Shown here piece by piece: positions 40,889 through 50,408 of a stretch of DNA of 64,000 nucleotides; position 1 is the first letter of the stretch; each line of letters begins with the position of its first letter. The notes beneath the pieces are model-generated. The model saw nothing but the letters and a program-made list of their open reading frames with translations. It ran no database searches and was not told the DNA's origin. Origin of the DNA: an uncultured Spirochaetota bacterium (GTDB lineage: Bacteria; Spirochaetota; Spirochaetia; SZUA-6; Fen-1364); NCBI GenBank assembly GCA_963745235.1, contig CAVUXE010000084.1, positions 1 to 64,000 of the forward strand. Reading direction: 5' to 3'. The translations under genes were made by a program, and so were the position numbers.

Positions 40889-41694
40889 AATCCTTTCCCG
40901 CGTTCGGGATACTGCTGAGGTCGCGTTCCGAGCGCCCGGCCCTCATTTCGCTGCTGGAAAAGAACTCAGGCCTTCCGGGGCCGCGGGCCAACCTCGAGCT
41001 GGGGTATTCATTCGCAAAGGCGGTCGCTTCTTTGAATCTCCAGGAATGGCAGTGGGACATGGTACTTGGAATGGCGTCGACCTCTCCGAACAAGGCGCCG
41101 GCCAACACGCCGAAAGAATACATTCCTTTCTGCGGCCTGGTGGCACTGGGCGCGTTGTGCGCGGCCGGTCTCCCCCGGCCCAGGAAACGCGCGGCCCTTG
41201 CCGCCATCCGCAAGGCCGCCTCTGACCCGCGGTGGAGAACACGGGAGGCGGCCGCCATGGCTCTGCAGCTCATTGGGGAAAAGGAGGCGGCCGCTCTTCG
41301 AGAGATCGTCGATACGTGGCTTCCCGGCGCCTCCCTGCTCGAGAAGCGCGCCATCGTCGCGGGGCTTGCGCATCCGCCCATCCTTGGCGCCGCTGCATTT
41401 GCGCAGTACTGCGTTGAGGTCTCGCGCTCGATCATGAGGGCGCTTCCCGGCGTGAGCGGCGAGGTCAGGGGCAGCGAGGAGTTCCGCGTCCTGCGCCAGG
41501 GCCTCGGCTACGCTCTCAGCGTGTTTGTCGCGAGCGCGCCGGAGGCGGGCTTTGCCCTGCTGCGGGAGGCTGCCTCCACGGAAGATCGCGATGTGCGCTG
41601 GATTGTCAGCGAAAACCTGAAAAAGAAAAGGATCTCCGACAGGTACCCGGCCGAAGTGAAGAAGGTGGCCGACCTCATGCGCGGACAGGGCTAG
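40885..41694 (+). CDS. HEAT-repeat protein
   Basis: It has SGLPGPRANLEL, ASDPRWRTREAAAMALQ and DRDVRWIVSENLKKKR. Confidence 0.8.
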   Translation: MKSFPAFGILLRSRSERPALISLLEKNSGLPGPRANLELGYSFAKAVASLNLQEWQWDMVLGMASTSPNKAPANTPKEYIPFCGLVALGALCAAGLPRPRKRAALAAIRKAASDPRWRTREAAAMALQLIGEKEAAALREIVDTWLPGASLLEKRAIVAGLAHPPILGAAAFAQYCVEVSRSIMRALPGVSGEVRGSEEFRVLRQGLGYALSVFVASAPEAGFALLREAASTEDRDVRWIVSENLKKKRISDRYPAEVKKVADLMRGQG

Positions 41695-42155
41695 ACCGTG
41701 GTCGGTCCCGTGGAACGTCTGACATCCGCGCGATAATCAACCAGGACTGCTCGATCCCCCTCTATTCGCCATACGAAGCGCTCTTCCGCCATGCCCCGCT
41801 CGAACTCGGTCTCCATTGCGAGCGCCACCTCGACGCCCTGGCCAGCGATTGCATTCACCTGGAACCCGCGAGCGCTGACCTTCCCTGATTTGCCCAGGCG
41901 GGAGTGAATGTCACTGAGGTAGGCAATGAAGTCGGTCCGCGTCCATGACTTTTTCAGCGAATCATCGCTCCTGTCGTAGATCAGGTCGTACCGCGCGTTG
42001 TCCAGGAGGGCGTGGAACTCTTTCACCGCCTTCTCCGCGCGGCTCCGGGATGCCCGAAATCCGCACGATGCAAGCAGGAGGCAGCACAGCAGCGCCGCCG
42101 CGACACGAGTCGCGGCCGGCAGCAGGTTGTCAGCGAAGGGCCGGCAGCCGGACAT
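41691..42155 (-). CDS. Hypothetical lipoprotein (NTF2-like, DUF3887/DUF4019-like)
   Basis: It has the lipobox LLASC, FHALLDNARYDLIY and the AEERFVW..LVDY pattern, with a GGAGG RBS. Confidence 0.6.
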   Translation of the reverse strand: MSGCRPFADNLLPAATRVAAALLCCLLLASCGFRASRSRAEKAVKEFHALLDNARYDLIYDRSDDSLKKSWTRTDFIAYLSDIHSRLGKSGKVSARGFQVNAIAGQGVEVALAMETEFERGMAEERFVWRIEGDRAVLVDYRADVRRSTGPTTV

Positions 42156-42762
42156 CCACCACCTCCTTGAGCGCTTCCATGACGCGGGAAACAGACAGGG
42201 AATATCCTTCTCTTGCCAGGGTGGTGCAGAAATCCTCGTGCGTTCGGCCGGCGCGGTACTCGGGGACCCTGGCGGGCATGGCCAGGTAGCGGGTGAAAAG
42301 GGAGATGTCATTGCTCACCAGGAGACTCGCCTGGTAGAAAAGAACCAGGCGCGTGCGGTAGATGGACGTGCCCAGGACCTTCTTCTCCCTGATGGCGAGG
42401 TCCGAAATGCCGCGCGGCTCCACGCCGCTCACCCCCAGGGCGCCCAGTGCCTCGATGAACCAGGAGTTGATCTGGGATGCGTATTCCTTGTTCCTGAAGG
42501 GGGAATCAACCGTCGTGACGCACGCAAGCACCGCCTGCCCCGGGGTCAGGACAACCGTGCCGCCTCCCCCTCTTCTCCAGCGAACCGGAACGCCGTCCGC
42601 CTCCAGACGGTCCAGGTACAGGTCCGTCCGGGGGTTGCCCCCCGCGCCAAGGACCGCGCAGGTTTCCTTTGGCTCATAGATGCGCGAGACGGCGCGTCCC
42701 GACTCGTGGAACCTTTCCAGGAGATCGCTGTTCACGGTAGGCTGCTGCGCAATGTCGGGCAT
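42130..42762 (-). CDS. Lipoate-protein ligase family, catalytic domain only
   Basis: It has RRGGGGTV, SDL..KKVLG and EYRAGRTHEDF. Confidence 0.85.
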   Translation of the reverse strand: MPDIAQQPTVNSDLLERFHESGRAVSRIYEPKETCAVLGAGGNPRTDLYLDRLEADGVPVRWRRGGGGTVVLTPGQAVLACVTTVDSPFRNKEYASQINSWFIEALGALGVSGVEPRGISDLAIREKKVLGTSIYRTRLVLFYQASLLVSNDISLFTRYLAMPARVPEYRAGRTHEDFCTTLAREGYSLSVSRVMEALKEVVDVRLPALR

Positions 42763-42769
42763 GAGCTGC

Positions 42770-43207
42770 TTATTGTCCCATCTTTTTTTTCAAATCGTCG
42801 AGGGCTGCCTTGCTCTCTTCCTCTTTCATGGCGGCGGAAAGCTCGTCTTTCTTCCCTGCGGCCATTTCCAGCTGGGCAAGAAGCAGGTCAGTGTCTACGA
42901 GCCGGCCTCCCGTCATGCGAAGCCGCGCGAGCTTCTCCTTCAGCACGGACACCTTGGCCTTCAGGTCGGCAAGCTCCGCGTCCAGGGTTGCCTTTTTCCC
43001 TGTTGCCTCCGCGAGCCGGGCTTGCCCCTGCGCCGCAAGGCCCTCCTCCCCCCGGGCGCGGGCGAGCGCCACGCGTCGGGTCCAGACGGAGACTTCTTCT
43101 TCCGCCGCGCCGACAGCCTTCTCCGTCTGCTTCAGGGTGGTGATGAAAGCCAGCACGTAGTCCGCGGCTTCCTGTGGTCCAAGACCTTCAATATCAGTGT
43201 CGATCAT
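42770..43207 (-). CDS. Short PspA/IM30-like coiled-coil protein
   Basis: It has WTRRVALARARGEEGLA (PspA-like W..RA.LA...G.E.LA) and a C-terminal ALDDLKKKMG. Confidence 0.7.
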   Translation of the reverse strand: MIDTDIEGLGPQEAADYVLAFITTLKQTEKAVGAAEEEVSVWTRRVALARARGEEGLAAQGQARLAEATGKKATLDAELADLKAKVSVLKEKLARLRMTGGRLVDTDLLLAQLEMAAGKKDELSAAMKEEESKAALDDLKKKMGQ

Positions 43208-43334
43208 GGCGCACTCCGGTAAAAGAGTAGCACGCGGCGGCCTCGGGAGGCTATCCGCTGCGCTTTTTCTCCACCTGTCGCGCGAAGCTATCCCTTCGCA
43301 CAAAATTCCCATAAAATCTCCGTGCAGGGTCAGG

Positions 43335-44681
43335 ATGATTCACTCCCCCGATGATCCAATAGCAGCTCTCGCCACCCCGCTTGTATCAAGCGCCCTCGCG
43401 GTCATCCGCGTCTCGGGAGAGGGGTCACTCCAACTGCTCGCGCCTCTTGTGAAAGGCGGAGCGCCGGCCGCCGGGCGGCGGGGGAACACGATCAACCGCT
43501 GCATCATCCGGGATGGCGATGACGACGTCGATGAAGTCATGCTCGCTGTCTACCGCGCTCCGCGAAGCTACACAGGTGAGGACAGCGCGGAGATAATCTC
43601 CCACGGGAGCATCCCGGTCATCCAGCGCCTTCTCTCGCTCCTGACCCGAAGCGGGTTTCGTCCCGCCGGTCCGGGCGAGTTCACGCAGCGCGCGTTCCTG
43701 AACGGACGCATGGACCTCACGCGGGCAGAGGCCGTGAACGAGATCGTTCGCGCCAGGACAGACCGCGCTCGGGCGCTCGCCCTGCAGCGCCTGAGCGGCG
43801 CAATCGAGTCCCGCATCAAAGCGGCAAGAGAAAGCCTGGTGGAGCTTCGCGCCGGACTCGAAGTTTCAATCGATTATCCGGATGACGAGCGCGACGGGGA
43901 GGTCCTTGATGACGGCGCGCTGGATCGGACCATTTCCCTCCTCCAGGGACTCACGCGCACGTACAGGCAGGGAAGGATCTACCAGGAAGGAGTGACCGCC
44001 GCCATAGCGGGCGCCACGAACTCCGGAAAATCCAGCCTCTTCAACGCCATGCTTCGCCAGGAGCGCGCCATCGTCTCGGAGGTGCACGGCACCACGCGCG
44101 ACTGGCTGGAAGGCTCCGTCAGCCTGGAAGGCATCCCTGTCCGTCTCTTCGACACCGCCGGCCTGCGGGACACGAGGGACCCCCTGGAGGTGGAGGGCAT
44201 CCGAAGAACGGAGCAGGTCCTGGCGGGGGCGGACCTCGTCATCTACCTGGTGGATTCCACGGCGGGGATACGTGCGGCGGACGTCTCGTTCATGGCTCGC
44301 TGGGCCGGCGTTCCCATGATCCGGGTGTGGAACAAGGTCGATCTTCCCGGCCTGCCCGTGCCTGAAGGCTTCGTTCCGCTGAGCGCGACCACCGGCGAAG
44401 GCCTGGGGCCTCTGGAAGAAGCCGCCGCGGGGCTGGCGCTCGGCGGCTCGCCCGCGGATACGGGGGAGCCCCTTATCGATTCGGTGAGGCAGAGGGACCT
44501 CATTTCCCGCGCCCTTGCGGCGCTGGGTCGTCTGCGCGTCGCGCGCGCGGGGGGCGTGACCGCTGACCTGCTTGCGGTGGACCTGGCCGACGCCTTGGAT
44601 GCGCTGGGCGAAATCACCGGGGAGGTCACGACCGCGGAGATCCTGGAACGAATGTTTGCAAGCTTCTGCGTGGGGAAATAG
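43335..44681 (+). CDS. mnmE: tRNA modification GTPase
   Basis: It has IAALATP, APRSYTGED, GEFTQRAFLNGRMDL, GATNSGKSS, GTTRD, DTAG, NKVD and FCVGK. Confidence 0.97.
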   Translation: MIHSPDDPIAALATPLVSSALAVIRVSGEGSLQLLAPLVKGGAPAAGRRGNTINRCIIRDGDDDVDEVMLAVYRAPRSYTGEDSAEIISHGSIPVIQRLLSLLTRSGFRPAGPGEFTQRAFLNGRMDLTRAEAVNEIVRARTDRARALALQRLSGAIESRIKAARESLVELRAGLEVSIDYPDDERDGEVLDDGALDRTISLLQGLTRTYRQGRIYQEGVTAAIAGATNSGKSSLFNAMLRQERAIVSEVHGTTRDWLEGSVSLEGIPVRLFDTAGLRDTRDPLEVEGIRRTEQVLAGADLVIYLVDSTAGIRAADVSFMARWAGVPMIRVWNKVDLPGLPVPEGFVPLSATTGEGLGPLEEAAAGLALGGSPADTGEPLIDSVRQRDLISRALAALGRLRVARAGGVTADLLAVDLADALDALGEITGEVTTAEILERMFASFCVGK

Positions 44682-44682
44682 C

Positions 44683-46566
44683 ATGGGAAATCGCGCGCGT
44701 GCTGATGCGGACTTCGACGCCATCGTCATTGGCGGCGGGCACGCAGGGATCGAAGCGTCACTCGCCATCGCCCGGCTTGGTTTCTCCACGATCCTCGTCA
44801 CGCAGAACCTCGATGTCATCGGGAGGATGTCCTGCAATCCCGCAATCGGCGGGATTGCCAAGGGGAACCTGGTCCGCGAAGTGGACGCCCTGGGCGGCCA
44901 GATGGCGAAGCTCATTGATGCGACCATGATCCAGTTCAGGATGCTCAACGAAAGCCACGGTCCGGCTGTCCAGGCCCCGCGCGCCCAGGCCGACAAGCAC
45001 GCGTATGCCGCCCTGGCAAAGCTCACCCTGGAGCAGGAGAAGAACCTCACCCTTTTCCAGGACACCGTCGTCGACTTCGTGCTGGACTCAAGCGGCACGA
45101 CAGTTCGGGGCGTGGTAACTGAGCGGGGGAGGAAAATTACGGCTCCCGTGGTCGTGCTCACCACGGGGACGTTCATGGAGGGGCGGCTTTTCATCGGGGA
45201 GTGGAGCGCCCCCGGGGGACGCCTTGGAGAGCCGGCCGCCATCGGGCTCGGCACAAGCCTGCGTCGACTGGGCTTCAGCGTGGGCAGGCTGAAGACGGGG
45301 ACCCCGGCGCGGGGGCTGCGCGGCTCGCTCATTCCTGAGAGGATGGAGGTGCAGCAGCCTGATCCGGAAGCTCGAGCTTTCAGCTTCGAAACGCATCGGG
45401 TGGAGAGGCCGTCAGTGCCGTGCTTTGTCACGTACACAACGGGGGAGACTCATCGCATCATCCGGGAGAACATCCATCGCTCGCCGCTGTATGGCGGGAA
45501 GATCGTGGGCCGGGGTCCGCGGTATTGTCCGTCCATAGAGGACAAGGTCATGCGGTTCCCCACGCGTGAAAGACACCAGGTCTTCGTGGAGCCGGAGGGG
45601 CTCGCCACGGAGGAGGTGTACCTCAACGGGGTCTCTTCGTCGCTCCCCGAAGACGTGCAGGAGCAGTTCCTGCACAGCGTGCCCGGCCTGGAGAAGCTGG
45701 TGATCACGCGGCCCGGCTACGCCGTGGAGTATGACTTTCTCTTCCCCACGCAGCTCTTCCCCAGCCTGATGACAAAACGGATCCAGGGCCTCTTTGTCGC
45801 CGGACAGACAAATGGAACGTCCGGCTACGAAGAAGCCGCAGCGCAGGGCCTCGTTGCCGGTATCAACGCCGCGCTCCATCTCCAGGGCAGGGAGCCTCTT
45901 GTTCTCTCTCGCGCAGACGCTTACATCGGCGTGCTCGTGGATGACCTAGTGACGCTGGGCACGGAGGAGCCCTACCGGCTTTTTACATCGCGGGCAGAGC
46001 ATCGGCTGTCCCTGATGCATGACACGGCGGATATCCGCCTCCTGCCGAAGGGGCACGCCCTCGGGCTGCAGGGGGACGCCGCGCTGGATCGCGTTGCCAG
46101 AAAGGTGCGCGGGATCGAGGAGACTCGCGAGCTCCTGCGCCGTCGCAGGGTGACCGCTTTTGATGTGGCGCGGATATCAATCCTGGAGAGCCACAGGGGA
46201 AGGAGCTTCGAACAGGCCCTGAGGGATCCCCTCGTGTCGATTTCCCGCCTGGCCTCCCTGGATTCTCTGCTTGCCTCCGCGGACGGCTCGTGGCTTGCCC
46301 TGGCGGAAGCAGGGGTCAAGTACGAGGGGTACATCGCCCGCCAGGAAGAGCAGGTCGGGCGCTTCCGGCGCATGGAGGAGAAACGGATTCCCGGGGACTT
46401 CGACTGGGACGGCCTTACCGGCGTCTCCGCGGAGGCAAAGGAAAAGCTCAAGATGATCCGGCCCATCTCGGTGGGGCAGGCGTCACGGATCTCGGGCGTG
46501 CGGCCCCCGGACATCGCCGTCCTCTTGGTGTCCCTGACGCGTGACGGCGGACAGGCGCGTCGGTGA
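44683..46566 (+). CDS. mnmG: tRNA uridine-5-carboxymethylaminomethyl modification enzyme
   Basis: It has GGGHAG, MSCNPAIGG, RLKTGTP, GPRYCPSIEDK and GTSGYEEAAAQG. Confidence 0.98.
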   Translation: MGNRARADADFDAIVIGGGHAGIEASLAIARLGFSTILVTQNLDVIGRMSCNPAIGGIAKGNLVREVDALGGQMAKLIDATMIQFRMLNESHGPAVQAPRAQADKHAYAALAKLTLEQEKNLTLFQDTVVDFVLDSSGTTVRGVVTERGRKITAPVVVLTTGTFMEGRLFIGEWSAPGGRLGEPAAIGLGTSLRRLGFSVGRLKTGTPARGLRGSLIPERMEVQQPDPEARAFSFETHRVERPSVPCFVTYTTGETHRIIRENIHRSPLYGGKIVGRGPRYCPSIEDKVMRFPTRERHQVFVEPEGLATEEVYLNGVSSSLPEDVQEQFLHSVPGLEKLVITRPGYAVEYDFLFPTQLFPSLMTKRIQGLFVAGQTNGTSGYEEAAAQGLVAGINAALHLQGREPLVLSRADAYIGVLVDDLVTLGTEEPYRLFTSRAEHRLSLMHDTADIRLLPKGHALGLQGDAALDRVARKVRGIEETRELLRRRRVTAFDVARISILESHRGRSFEQALRDPLVSISRLASLDSLLASADGSWLALAEAGVKYEGYIARQEEQVGRFRRMEEKRIPGDFDWDGLTGVSAEAKEKLKMIRPISVGQASRISGVRPPDIAVLLVSLTRDGGQARR

Positions 46567-47219
46567 GCGCTCACGCCGCGCAGGCGGATGTGCTGGGAGA
46601 GGGAATTGCGCGGCTGGAGATCCCCGGGCAGGAGAGAGTCCAGCGCACGCTGGGCCTGTACCTGGATGAGCTTGAGCGCTGGAATCCACGGTTCGGGTTG
46701 GTCAAGGCGGACACGCGGCAGGAGCTCATCGTCAAACACGTGCTGGACTCCCTGTCCGCGTGGCGGCAGGTACGGGAGGAAGCGCGGGAAGCAGGGGTGC
46801 TGGACGTGGGCTCGGGCGCGGGGCTGCCCGGCATCCCTCTGGCAATCGCCCTGCCCGACATTTCCTTCACCCTGCTCGAGCGCTCGGCAAAGAAGGTCTC
46901 CTTCCTCCGCACGTGCAAGGCGCTCCTGGGCCTGGAGCGCACGCGCGTGATCCAGGGAGACCTGGCGTCCGCTTCCGCCTCGCCGTTTGACGTCGTGACA
47001 TTCAGAGCGGTAGCCCCGCTGTCCCGGTTTCTCGCGGATGCCCGCAAGGGCGGGCTGAGGTTCCGCGCTGTGGTGGCATATAAAGGAAGAATTGAGCGGG
47101 CAAACGCCGAGGTGGAGGATGTTCGACGGTCCGCGGAAGCCCTGATTTCAGCTCATGTCGTTCCCGTTGCCGTGCCTTTCCTCGACGAAGAGCGCTGCAT
47201 CGTGGTCCTCAGAAAGTGA
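46563..47219 (+). CDS. rsmG: 16S rRNA m7G527 methyltransferase
   Basis: It has HVLDSL, DVGSGAGLPG and FRA, and follows mnmG. Confidence 0.95.
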   Translation: MSAHAAQADVLGEGIARLEIPGQERVQRTLGLYLDELERWNPRFGLVKADTRQELIVKHVLDSLSAWRQVREEAREAGVLDVGSGAGLPGIPLAIALPDISFTLLERSAKKVSFLRTCKALLGLERTRVIQGDLASASASPFDVVTFRAVAPLSRFLADARKGGLRFRAVVAYKGRIERANAEVEDVRRSAEALISAHVVPVAVPFLDEERCIVVLRK

Positions 47220-47225
47220 TCGTTA

Positions 47226-47254
47226 TTGACAAATGGGTGTACGCAACATAGACT
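47226..47254 (+). promoter_or_regulatory. Sigma70 promoter for the LysM / lytic transglycosylase pair
   Basis: TTGACA-N17-TAGACT is followed by a GGAGG RBS. Confidence 0.75.
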
Positions 47255-47275
47255 CTCGGATGGAGGCCCTGCGCA

Positions 47276-48226
47276 GTGAGCGACTCGACGATCGGCATCA
47301 AGATCGCTGATGGTTCGTATTATCCCGTGCTAGAGAAGGGCTTCACCGGCCGCAAAAAGCTCACCGTCACCACCATCAAGGACAACCAGGAGAAGGTTCA
47401 GATAGACCTTTACCGGGGCAACGGGGGAGGCCTCGAGCAGCCCAGCTATATCGGGAGCCTCATCGTGGAGAATATTCCCCCCGCTCCCCAGGGAGAGCCT
47501 GAGATAGAGTTGCTCCTCGGCATCAACCCGGACGGGGAGCTCTCCGCTGAAGCCAGTGACATGCGCACGGGGGAGTCGCAGAAGTTCTCCACAACGCTGA
47601 CCCGGCTGTCCGAAGTGGAGCTCACCGACGCTCCCGAGTTCGAGGTCGAAGGGGATGGCAAGACCGTCGCGGCGTCTGACTTCGAAGAGCCTCCCCTGAC
47701 CGGGGAAAGCTATCGGGTTACTGAAGCTGATCGACGTCGCGAGGTGCTGGAGCACGAGAAGCGGGGACCCAACCTCCTGCTCCTGATCCTGTTTGTTCTC
47801 CTCGGTGTCCTTCTTGTTGCCGCCATAGCGTATTTCATCTACAAGAGCGTTCGCGGTCCCGAGACGCCGCCCCTCTCAGCGCAGGGGAGCGCTCCCGTGG
47901 CGGTTGCGCCGCAGCAGCCCGCGGCCCCGGCGCAGCCTGCCCCTGCGCAACCGGCTCCCGCGGCGGCGCCGGCAGGGCCCCAGGCCGGCGTGCAGGCCCA
48001 GCAGGGCAGCGGCGGGCAGGCATCGGTCAAGAGCTCCACGCGTGAGGCCGCCGTCGTGGCCAAAGGCGGGGTCACCTACCGGATCAAGCGCGGTGACACG
48101 CTGTGGGACATCTCCGCCACCTACTATCGAAATCCCTGGTTGTATCACAAGCTGGCCAGGGCAAACTCCATCAGAAACCCGGACCTGATTTTTGCGGGAA
48201 CTCGCATCTATATTCCTGAAAATTAG
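47276..48226 (+). CDS. Membrane protein with N-terminal DnaK-peptide-binding-like domain and C-terminal LysM
   Basis: TTIKDNQEKVQIDLYRG..IPPAPQGEPEIE..INPDG is Hsp70 SBD-beta-like. One TM and a PA linker follow, then LysM (YRIKRGDTLWDIS..NPDLIFAG). Confidence 0.85.
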   Translation: MSDSTIGIKIADGSYYPVLEKGFTGRKKLTVTTIKDNQEKVQIDLYRGNGGGLEQPSYIGSLIVENIPPAPQGEPEIELLLGINPDGELSAEASDMRTGESQKFSTTLTRLSEVELTDAPEFEVEGDGKTVAASDFEEPPLTGESYRVTEADRRREVLEHEKRGPNLLLLILFVLLGVLLVAAIAYFIYKSVRGPETPPLSAQGSAPVAVAPQQPAAPAQPAPAQPAPAAAPAGPQAGVQAQQGSGGQASVKSSTREAAVVAKGGVTYRIKRGDTLWDISATYYRNPWLYHKLARANSIRNPDLIFAGTRIYIPEN

Positions 48227-50366
48227 GATCCTGATCCCTCTCCTGGCAGTCCTGCTTTCCACCGCCGGGTGCGGTCCCCGCAAAGTATGGGGATACCCCG
48301 CGGACGTGCTTGCGCTGCGGTTGTCCACCGCCCGGTACGCCGTCCTTGCGAGCGTGGACTTCACGACCCAGGATCCCTCCCAAGCTCTCTCACTTTCCCC
48401 CGGCGCGCCGTACTACCTGTCCCTTGTCTTCGATTCCATGGACATGGCGGACCAGGCGATGCGCATGCTCGAGCTGGCGTGGAACCGCTGCCCTGATCCG
48501 TGGAAGCGGGAGGCCGGAGTGCTCCTGGCCCAGAAGTACAACGCGAAGAAAAACTGGCCCCCGGCAATCCTGGTGGCTCGGAAAATCCTCTCGACGCAGC
48601 AGCCGCCTGACGTCGAGCAGAGGGCCCGGCGCGCGCTTGTTGAAGCCCTCTACTGGACCCAGCAGGACGAGGAGGTGCTGCGCCAGGCAGACCTCCTCAC
48701 GAACCCGGACTCCGAGGTCCTTCTTTTCCGCGGCGTGAGCTCGCTGCGCCTGGGGATGGCATCAGCCCACGACCTCATTATTCAGCTCTTCCTCCAGCAG
48801 CGGGCCTCCACGCTGCACGCGAGGTTCTTCACCTTCCTCGCCGGTGCGCCCCAATACGCGGAGGGGTTCACCGACCTGGAAAGGGACCTCATCGCCGCAA
48901 AGAACGATCTGTTCCTGCAGGATTGGGAGGCAGGCATCCCGTTGATGGAAAGCGTGCTTTCCCGGCTGGACCCGGCCCGCTCCGCCGCCAGCGCTCTTGT
49001 TGGTGACCTCGCGGTCGCGTACCAGTCCTCCGGAAGGCAGGCGGCCGGCGCCCGGTTCCTGGTTGGCGTTTCTTCGCGCCTCACTGGTCGGGCCCGGGCG
49101 GATGCCCTGGAGCAGGCGGGAAGAATCTACAAGCGCATGAGGGCCACCCGCGACGCGTTCGCCGTGCTTCGCGCCGCCCTGGCCGCCTCTGATGACGCGG
49201 ACCAGCGGGACCGGGAACGCTGGCACCTGATGGACATGATCGTTGCCCGCAACCCTCCCGATGTCCTGGCGCAGGTCGACAAGGAGCTTGCCGCCTCCAG
49301 CAATCCCGGGTTCTTTTCCGACGTGCTTGAAGACTGGATCTCGGACCTGGTGGGCGCCAGGAAGTGGAAAACCCTCATGGGCCTCCTGAAGGTGGTGCAG
49401 GCCCGCGGACCCCAGGATGTGCAGGCAAGACTTTCGTACGTGCTTGGCAGGGCCGGCCAGGAAGGGCTGATCATGCCTCTTGCGGCAAGCCCGGGTGACC
49501 TTCTGCGCCAGGCGGCTTCCCTTGACGCGGATGGCTACTACGGCCTCATGGCCTCGAGCGTTCTCGGTGACGTGCCGCCGCAGGTGAAGCCGCACCCCGC
49601 GGATGCCGCACCGGAGCGAAGACCGATGCTTGATCCATTTGTCACGGGGTTCCTTCCCTTTGGTCTTTTCTCGCAGGCCTACCAGAGGCTTGTCGAATCC
49701 CGCAGGAGCCTCTCGGACGCCGAGCTGCATGAGGCCGCGCGACTGATGGCGCAGGCCGGCGACTACGCAAGCTCCATGCACCTCATGGGGATCCTGGGGC
49801 GGCGCCGGCCGCTTTCCCAGGATGAGCTTGCAATGGAATACCCGAAGGCTTTCAGCTCCGTGATCGACGAGCTTTCCCTGACGAGCGGGATCGCGGGACC
49901 GGTGCTGTATGGCCTTGTTCGGGAAGAGAGTTATTTCGATCCCGACATCGTGTCCAGCGTCGGAGCGGTCGGGCTCAGCCAGCTCATGCCTGCCACGGCA
50001 GCCGCGGTTGCCCGCAGGCTCCACATGGCTGAGCCGGATCTCAAGGACCCGTCGGTCAACCTCACAATCGGGGTGCGCCATTTCCAGGATCTTCTCAAGA
50101 GCGTGAACAGCGTTCCCAAGGCGCTCTTGTCCTACAACGCGGGACTGACCAGAGTCAGGGCATGGGAAAGGGCCGGCGGGGACTTGCCGGGCGACATGTT
50201 CGTGGAATCGGTGCCGTTCGAAGAAACGCGGAAATACGTCCGCAAGATCCTCATCTCATCGGTGATGTACGCATCCCTTTACGGGAGCGAGGACCCTCGG
50301 GAAGCCGCGCTCTCTTTCTTCAACATACAGGACAGGTCCGGGGGCGCGCCTCCGAAGACCCCATAG
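48192..50366 (+). CDS. Lytic transglycosylase (Slt family) lipoprotein, spirochete flagellar-assembly type
   Basis: It has the lipobox TAGC, a helical repeat region and the catalytic motifs VREES, GLSQLMP, SYNAG and ETRKYV. Confidence 0.88.
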   Translation: MRELASIFLKIRILIPLLAVLLSTAGCGPRKVWGYPADVLALRLSTARYAVLASVDFTTQDPSQALSLSPGAPYYLSLVFDSMDMADQAMRMLELAWNRCPDPWKREAGVLLAQKYNAKKNWPPAILVARKILSTQQPPDVEQRARRALVEALYWTQQDEEVLRQADLLTNPDSEVLLFRGVSSLRLGMASAHDLIIQLFLQQRASTLHARFFTFLAGAPQYAEGFTDLERDLIAAKNDLFLQDWEAGIPLMESVLSRLDPARSAASALVGDLAVAYQSSGRQAAGARFLVGVSSRLTGRARADALEQAGRIYKRMRATRDAFAVLRAALAASDDADQRDRERWHLMDMIVARNPPDVLAQVDKELAASSNPGFFSDVLEDWISDLVGARKWKTLMGLLKVVQARGPQDVQARLSYVLGRAGQEGLIMPLAASPGDLLRQAASLDADGYYGLMASSVLGDVPPQVKPHPADAAPERRPMLDPFVTGFLPFGLFSQAYQRLVESRRSLSDAELHEAARLMAQAGDYASSMHLMGILGRRRPLSQDELAMEYPKAFSSVIDELSLTSGIAGPVLYGLVREESYFDPDIVSSVGAVGLSQLMPATAAAVARRLHMAEPDLKDPSVNLTIGVRHFQDLLKSVNSVPKALLSYNAGLTRVRAWERAGGDLPGDMFVESVPFEETRKYVRKILISSVMYASLYGSEDPREAALSFFNIQDRSGGAPPKTP

Positions 50367-50408
50367 TTTCCCGCCCGAAAGGTCTCTTCGGTCCGACTGC
50401 CGGCTTTG

